Assembly (NCBI GenBank): GCA_048213135.1
Contig: PS015361.1
Span: 46,524-93,092, forward strand
Source: Reclinomonas americana ATCC 50394
Taxonomy: Eukaryota
DNA: 46,569 nucleotides
Reading direction: 5' to 3'
Position numbers and translations under genes: made by a program. Below, piece by piece: positions 39,254 through 46,569 of this stretch (positions are counted from its first letter, which is position 1; each line of letters begins with the position of its first letter). The notes beneath the pieces are model-generated. The model made no database searches. It was given only the letters and a program-made list of their open reading frames with translations, and was not told the origin of the DNA.

Positions 39254-42098
39254 TCACGCCACACGAGTGGCGTACTCCACAGTTCCGTACCAACTTGGCA
39301 CCTGTGCACGAGTGAGACAGGCAGGCAAGTGATGATGTGAGACTCTTGCTGATCGCCGCAACTGAGATGCCGTCGGCCTGTCAGTCGAGTGAAATTGAGA
39401 AGAAAACGGAGAGGAGGAGCGATAAAAACAGCAAGCGACAGCGTGACTGCACCTTGCCGTTCGATCCCATGTGGAAGTGAACGTACGATCCGAGCGCGAT
39501 TCCCATCCACTCCAGGCACGCGACTGCGTCGGCTTGTACGCGGAACCTGCGCAGCCGAACGATCATGAGCGAGATGAGACAGTCTGCAATCTGACCACTG
39601 CAGCGCACGCAACGTATGCGGCGGCAGGCGAGATCCGTTGGGGGTGCCATTCTGCCATGAGAGCAGCAGGTTGCCCATGCTGCTCATGATCACCAGGTAG
39701 GCTGTCATTCGGTGGTGCGTGAGCAAGCCATGCCGAATTCACGTCGACCAACACATGCACAGCGCAACTCTTGCCGTCCTTGACAACCGACGTCACCACC
39801 GCCTTGATGACGACTTGCCCGTTTTGAATGTACTCGTACGTTCCTGTCGAGAGACACTGGTCAGGAAAAACAGGGAGTGCATCAGCACTTGTGTGCGCGC
39901 GATACCAGTGTACACATCACAGCAGTTCGGAGGCAGGTTCGGTGCCTGGTGGGCAATCACATACGACTCCACCGCCGGCTGTGACCTCAAGCATCAGCAC
40001 ACTCGTTTTACGATCCACCACAACGCTGCGCCACCACAAACCAACAGTGCATCAAGAGCAGGCGCGGCAAAGAGCGAGCCGTCAGTGGGGAAGTTCACGA
40101 ATGCGGCCACCGCGAGTTTGATATCTGTCGGAGTGATGAGTGAGTGAGACTCTCGGCAGTCGGCAGTACATCGTTCAAAGCACACACACACACGCCCACC
40201 TGGAACCAGAGCAACCGATGTAGCAAACACGCCAACCAGGCCACCCTTGGTCGGCACCCAGTGCTGCGTTCCATCGGCATCTTGTCAGTACAAAACACGA
40301 TTCATCCCCCGTCACACACACACACGCCTGCCCACCGATCGAGTGTAGACCGTCTCCCAGCCACCGTGACCAATCGCCGACATGCCGTTGCGATGATTGT
40401 ATCGCGGCAGCATGTGCTGGTTCTTCAGTCGCTGCGACATGATCGATGGCGTGGCGCCCTCCGACTGCATGTAGAACTGGAGGAACTTTTGCTGCGCACG
40501 CGCAAACATCCATGTATGAGCAAGACGTATATGCAGGAGCTAGACAACCACCACGCAAACAAAACCATATCGGTCATCGTCGTGTACATTTGACCAGCAG
40601 GAGCCGACCATCCCTGATGCCATCGACACAAAGTGAGAGACAACGACACTCTCATTTTGCCAACAAAAGAAGCAACCACAACGCAACGAGATCCATCGGT
40701 TGTGCGCCGTTGAGTGGTGGCATGCGTTTCTTCACATTCGGGTCGCTGACGTTGAAGCCGGAACTTGTCATGCCGAGTGGCTGCAACACGTACTTTTGCA
40801 GCAGCGTCTCGTATTGTTGGCCCATGGCAGCCTCGAGTGCGCGTCCCAGCAGCGAAAAGCCCAGATTCGAATAATCGTCACGTGTGTTGCCTTTCGAGAG
40901 CGTGAGACAATTGTGAGACAGATGGTGCCAGGAGAGAATGTGGGGGTTTTCACAGAACCTACCGGGATACATCAAGTACTCCTGTCGCAGAAGCGCCCAC
41001 ACTTGAGACGCCGTCTCGTTGCTGTGCGGACGATAGACAAGTGAGACAGTACATCGGGTGAGTGTCGACGACAAAAAAAGCGGAAGCGCAACAAAATCTG
41101 AGCAGCCTCGCGCTACTCGAGAGCACAAGTGGTGTGAGCAGCGACGACGTGACAACACAAGAGCAAATACGGCATCAACGCACCGGCAGTCCTGACACCT
41201 GCGATGCCAGCTCGTCGAGTGTCGTGTCGACGGGGAGGCCCGAGAAGGGATTGTTGATGGTATACTCGGGCAGGTACTTGCGGACCGGGTCGTCGAGCTG
41301 CACGAATCCACGGTCGTGCAGCACTGTGAAAATGATGAACACAGTGAGCTGCAAGTTCTCTCCATCGCTACCATCCGCACTCACCATACAACAGTGTCGA
41401 CGTGAACATCTTGGTGACGGATCCGATCTGGAAGATGGTGTCGGCCGTCGGTGCCACGCTGTCGGGCGTGTTGAAGCCGGCGAAGCGCGTCACCGCAGCA
41501 CCCGAGTCGTCCACAGCAACCACGCCGAGCGCCACCTACCACAGAGTCGGACGGAGAGGAGAGAAAGAGAAAGCAGGCCCCACACACGAACCGAGAACTG
41601 CCAGTTGACGCCTTGTTGGTGCAGGTTGTTGGAAATCGTCTCCATCTCCGACTGCACCGCCTGCTTGGCCGCCTGCCAGGCGGCACTCACTTGCGGGTCG
41701 TTGAAATCCACTGTGGGATGCGCATCAAGCGGCGCCGGGCACGGGCCAGTGCCCACAAAGCGCTACAATCACAATCAAAACGATATGAGATCGGAGAATC
41801 AAAGTCATGCATGACATCCACACGCACCTTGGCGAATGGATTGTCGGGATCCGCCGCATTTCCGACCTCACGCACACGCTCCAAAGCCGCATTCATCACC
41901 ACATCGTTCCCTGCGCGTTCGCATGTGAGCGAGAGGAGACGCTGTGGAGGAGAGAGTGGAGAGAGTCACGAAACTCGCATCGAACTCATCCGCGAGTGGC
42001 GTCGATATCTGCTGATACAGGTGATGGGGCGCGCCCTCCACGCACAGCACAACACTGCAGACAAGCAGCAGCAGCAGCAGTGGGAGCAGGGATCGCAT
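39254..42098 (-). CDS. Secreted serine beta-lactamase/penicillin-binding-protein-like family hydrolase (LACTBL1-like)
   Basis: Signal peptide MRSLLPLLLLLLVCSVVLCVEG; SxxK in FQIGSVTKMFT; LDDPVRKYLP; LASQVSGLPRE; YxN in YSNLGFSLLG; DLGWSAPAGQMYT; third motif TKGG. About 14 exons; the last exons are less certain. Confidence 0.88.
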
Positions 42099-42222
42099 CG
42101 ATGATTGATTGTGGAACAGTCTGGGACAGTGCGAGCATGCGCGCGCAATCTCCACTGTCACTCCAATTTGGGTGTGGGGGGTTTGCGTTGACACAGTGTA
42201 AGTGTGTGTGTGTGCGCGAGTG

Positions 42223-42792
42223 ATGTTGATCAAGGAGGATGACTTTCGCGAGGTGTACCAAACGATTCAAGTGAGCGTCAAGTCGGGTCGCGGCAGTGTG
42301 CTGATGGCTTGTGGAACGGATGCCGATGCTGTGTGCACTGCGCGCATTCTGACAGTGCGTGTTGTTTTCCCGCTCTCTCTTTGTCTCACACGCATACACG
42401 CAGTGCTGCGTGCTCATCTTCCTCTCTCTGTGTGTCACAGCACTTGTTTCGCATGGATCACGTGGCGTATGAGGTGGTGCCAGTGGCGCGGTACAGTGAT
42501 GTGCAGCGCGCGTACGCTGATTTCGTGCGCGCGTCGCGAGAGGTGTGTGGAGTGACGCACCAGCTTGGTGGTGTCTGTGCGCTCACTGTCAGTGTGTGTG
42601 TGTGCAGCATCGGCACTTTATCATGATCAACTGCGGTGGGCTGGTGGATCTTCGCTCCCTGTTCGGATCGTTGTCGCGGCGGCGGAGACAAGTCGGCGGC
42701 GGGAGATTAGGCAAAGAGGGCGACGATGCAGACATGCGGTTTCGCGGGGCACGTGGGGGCCATGATGATGGTGTCGATAATGAGGATGATGC

Positions 42793-42825
<33 letters not shown>

Positions 42826-44933
42826 AGAGGAGGATATGACAAAGATCGACGACTCACCCGACACGGGGCCGCTGTTCTACATTTTCGACTCGCACCGGCC
42901 CATCAGTCTCGAGAACATTCAGCACCCACGAGTGCGTACCGCTGTCCTCCAGTGGAATGGCTGCAGCAGTTTGCTCACTGCGCTGGTGCAGGTCAAGATT
43001 TTTGAGATTGGCGACATTACGCACGAGGCGCAGCTGTTGCATCAGAACCTGGACCAGGCCACGACGGCAGCCAAGGCGGCAGACGATTTTCTCGAGGGCG
43101 ATGGCGACGGGGAATCGTCACGATTTGATGAGGAGGAGGATGACGACGACGACGACGATGAAGATAGCGACAGTGATGACGATGACGATTTGGACGTGGC
43201 CAGTGGCATGTCGGGTCGGAGGAGACCGCGCAGTGCGTACTTGTCCACTCACTGTCCTTCCCTCACATGTTGACCACTCGCTGCGCACAGGTTCCGCCGG
43301 GAGCGATGTGGGTCCGCCCAGAAAACGGCGACGCAAGGACGACGCAGGTGGCCGTGTTTCACGACGCCGACTTTTGCGGCGAGCCCAGCGCCAGGTGCTC
43401 AAGGAGCACTATTCGGTTCGTTTTGACGCACAGGGGTAGCTGTTGTACGTGTGCGCTGGCTGACGCGTGGAGCGTGCAGGGCATTACGTGGGGCATTCCG
43501 TCGTCGATGGTGGCCTTCTTGTTGAGCACGAAGCTGCAACAGGCCACTTCCGACATTCGCTGGTGGGCCATGGTGGGTCTCGCCGACCTCTTCACTCGCA
43601 ACTGCTTCTCGGAGGAGCGGTATCGCGAGCTGTTTGCCGCCATGGCCGAGGAAATCGCGGCGGCCGAAGGCGACGCTTCCTCGCTGCAAACCGACCGACT
43701 CATTCGCGACTCGCGGCTGACCTGTGGCATCGAGTTGCGTGCCGGATATCGCTTCTCCACGTATCTCTCTTCCTCCCCTCCCCTTCTCACTCTCTCGACG
43801 GCAGGTATCGGTTCCCGCTGCTGCGTCACTGGTCGCTGTTCGACTCGATTGCACACACGCCACACGTGATTGGCAAACTGAAAACGTGGACGGAGCGCGG
43901 AGTGCGCAAGCTGGAAGAAATGTTTGCCAAGCTCGGTATTCCGCTGTTGGACGCCAAGACATCAGTTGCGTGCTGCTGCGTCACGCGCCACCAAAAAAGT
44001 GATGCTCACGCGAGACTCGCAGTTTGGCAGTGTCCACCCGAAAGTGGTCCACACGCTGGAGGACAACACCGACCTCCTGGCGCAGGAGTTGGACATGAGG
44101 TCGTCGTCGCACACGCCGATTGGCCTGCCAATGTGCATGAAACCGTACGGCTACACGCTGCGGCTGACCTGCACCGACATGGCCGAGGCGCTGGGGGCGA
44201 TTTTTGAGTCGCCGCAAGCGTTGCCGCCGTCGTTGCGGGGCATGGTGCGCACACAGTCGTCGGTGTTGCTGGAGGAGCACATGCGTGTCGCCGCGTCGGC
44301 CTCGGGATCGATGTCGGACCGTGCGAGCGAGGGCGCCGGTATGGCGGCGCTGCGCATGGAGGTGCGCATGAAGGAGAACTTTTGGTTGGCCTACGATGCA
44401 CTGGCGAGGTGAGTTGAAAAAAACGATGGTGAGATCGACCGCCTCCTGATTCTGTGTTTGTGCGCAGCGAGCTTTCCGGTCGGCAGGGCATCCTGAGTTT
44501 CGGCGTCCAGCAAGCGGTGGCGCGCCGCGAGGCCGTGTTGCGGCAGGCTCTTGCGTTGTGGAAGCGCAAGATGATTTCCAATGTCGGCAACCTGCGCTAC
44601 GCCCACATTGACCGCTCGCCCGACCTGCCGTACCTGCTGCATCCGGGCACACTGTTTGCGCTCTGTCACTTTGTGATGCACATGTTCCGTGGTGACGGTC
44701 GTCGTGCCAGACCGCTGGTGCTGGCCGCTCTGGACGAACAACGCGGCATTTGGCTGGTGGTCGGCACGCCAGCACTGGGCACCACATCGCGCAACACCTT
44801 TGGCAACGTATTCCGGAGAGCCGCCAAACGCAGCCGCGCTCGCGTGCATCACACGATGTTCAACAAGGCGTGCATCGAGGTGCACACGGACGACTTTGCC
44901 AGCTTCTGGGACACGCTGGCTGGTGGGGAATGA
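42223..44933 (+). CDS. CDC45: Cell division control protein 45 (CMG helicase subunit)
   Basis: MLIKEDDF..DADAVCTARIL, INCGGLVDL, YIFDSHRPISLENI, acidic loop plus PPRKRRRK, YRFPLLRHWSLFDSI, KLKTWTERGVRKLEEMFAKLGIPL, NFWLAYDAL, NTFGNVF. Confidence 0.93.
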
Positions 44934-45195
44934 AATCGAGCAATCCAATCGTCACCGCTGACTGACAAGACACACATTCACTTCCCACAAAACGACCGAG
45001 GCGCAAAAGAGAAGAGCAATAGAGAGACAAAGACAAAGAGCAGCAAGGGTGGTATGCATGCACAATGTGAGAAAAAATCGGAAGATAACGGATCACAGCC
45101 ATCGTCAAGGATTGCCGTGGTCACAAAAGGAGGAGATAGAAAGACAACAAGCAACTGTCGGAGACACACTCATTCACCGTTCGCAGCGGCGCAAG

Positions 45196-46416
45196 TTAAC
45201 CAGTCGCAAACTTGACGGCCAGCACCAACACGAGGACGGCGCAAGCAATCTTCCACAGCATGTCGTTGGAGGCAGCGGAAGCATCTGCACACGTTACAAA
45301 AAAAAAGAAGCGGTCAGCGAGAGACATGATTGTGTGTGTGCGCGCGCGAGACAAAGTCGTTTCACCCGCACCGCCAGCATGGCCGCCCTTCTTCTTCTTC
45401 TTGCCCTCGCCACTCGGCTGTCCGTCGGCCTCACCAGCGGCGGCCGACGGCTTGCCGCCCGACGCAATAACGCGAGCCTCCTTCAGCTCGCGGCGCAGCT
45501 GCTCGACCAGACGGCGCTCCTCCTTGCGCTCAACAGCCACAGCAGCAATCTGTACATGCATGAGTCTCATGGTTAGATCTACCACCCCTCTCCGCCCGCA
45601 ATGGTGGTGACGGCAGCGCACCTGTTGGGCGGCCTCCTCCTCAGCCGCAGCAGCACGCTGCTCCAGCGACTGCACTTGGCTGCGCAGGCGATCGCGTTCC
45701 TTCTGGAACTGGCTTTGACTGCAGCGGTGCGATTGTGTTGGTGAACAAAACAACGGGGGGAGCAACAGACGGCACAGCAGCGCGCACGCGACGAAACTCA
45801 GTACGCAGTTTCGCCGTTTGCTCCTCAATGCTCGCCGCACGCTTTGTCAGCGCCTTCGTCTCCTTCTCGTAGTGACGCTTCTGCTGCTCGGCCTCGTCCA
45901 AGCTACTCGGCACACACGCACACACACACCCCTCCCATGAGATTCGAAGGAGGGGTGGGAGTGACGGAAGAAAAAGGAATGCACGCACCGGCCCTGCAGA
46001 GTGGCATCAAACGAGCTGCGGTACTCGGCGAATGCCGCCTTCTCCTCGGCAAACTTCTTATTGGTGGCGTCGAGCTCGGCATCGCGTGCCCTCAACTGGC
46101 GCTCCTTCTTCTGGATGGTATCCAGAGCCGCTTGGTACTGCTGGTACTGCTGCTGCAGGCTGTTGCGGGTGGTTTCCAACTCGTCACGCTGCTTGTTGTA
46201 CGCAGTCACTTGCGTGTCCAACTCGCGAGACCGTGCCGCGTGGGCATTGTGCAGAGCCTGCACCTCCGCCTTTTGTTGCTCCAGGCCGCGCTGCACGTCG
46301 AGTGGATCAACGTCAGCACTGCAGCGCACATTGCGCATACACTCATGGTGGTCTCTCACCTGCAACTCGATTTGCTGGCGTCGCAACTGCTCCAACTTGG
46401 CCTCCTCGGCCTTGAG
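45196..46416 (-). CDS. 3' part of a long coiled-coil protein with C-terminal transmembrane anchor (tail-anchored, golgin-like)
   Basis: Heptad-rich exons ending MLWKIACAVLVLVLAVKFATG*. The gene continues past the window end. Confidence 0.72.
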
Positions 46417-46438
46417 CTGGCACACACAAATAATCAAT

Positions 46439-46569
<131 letters not shown>

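Overview
This is a gene-dense, GC-rich eukaryotic scaffold, probably from a flagellated protist (it carries PDE6D and an LRRIQ3-like gene). It has many short (~55-150 nt) GT-AG spliceosomal introns, microexons, CA/GA microsatellites in introns and six N gaps. Hand-splicing gives about 17 protein-coding genes, mostly in tight head-to-head pairs: an arrestin-fold + PPxY + WW protein, a RING-H2 E3, a kelch protein, an ARM+TPR protein, a large coiled-coil protein, PDE6D, a small membrane protein, LRRIQ3-like, three unknowns, MCM4, dPGM, a secreted beta-lactamase-family protein, CDC45 and a tail-anchored coiled-coil protein. The strongest unexplained signal is a second, abundant class of 5' splice site, GTTGCGT/GTTTCGT, which is the usual GTGCGT donor with one extra T. 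It occurs about 25-29 times, almost always after a non-G exon end, suggesting large-scale shifted or bulged snRNA pairing. Two gap-bounded contigs are inverted inside genes and rejoin in frame when flipped. All gene models are manual inferences without transcript data.
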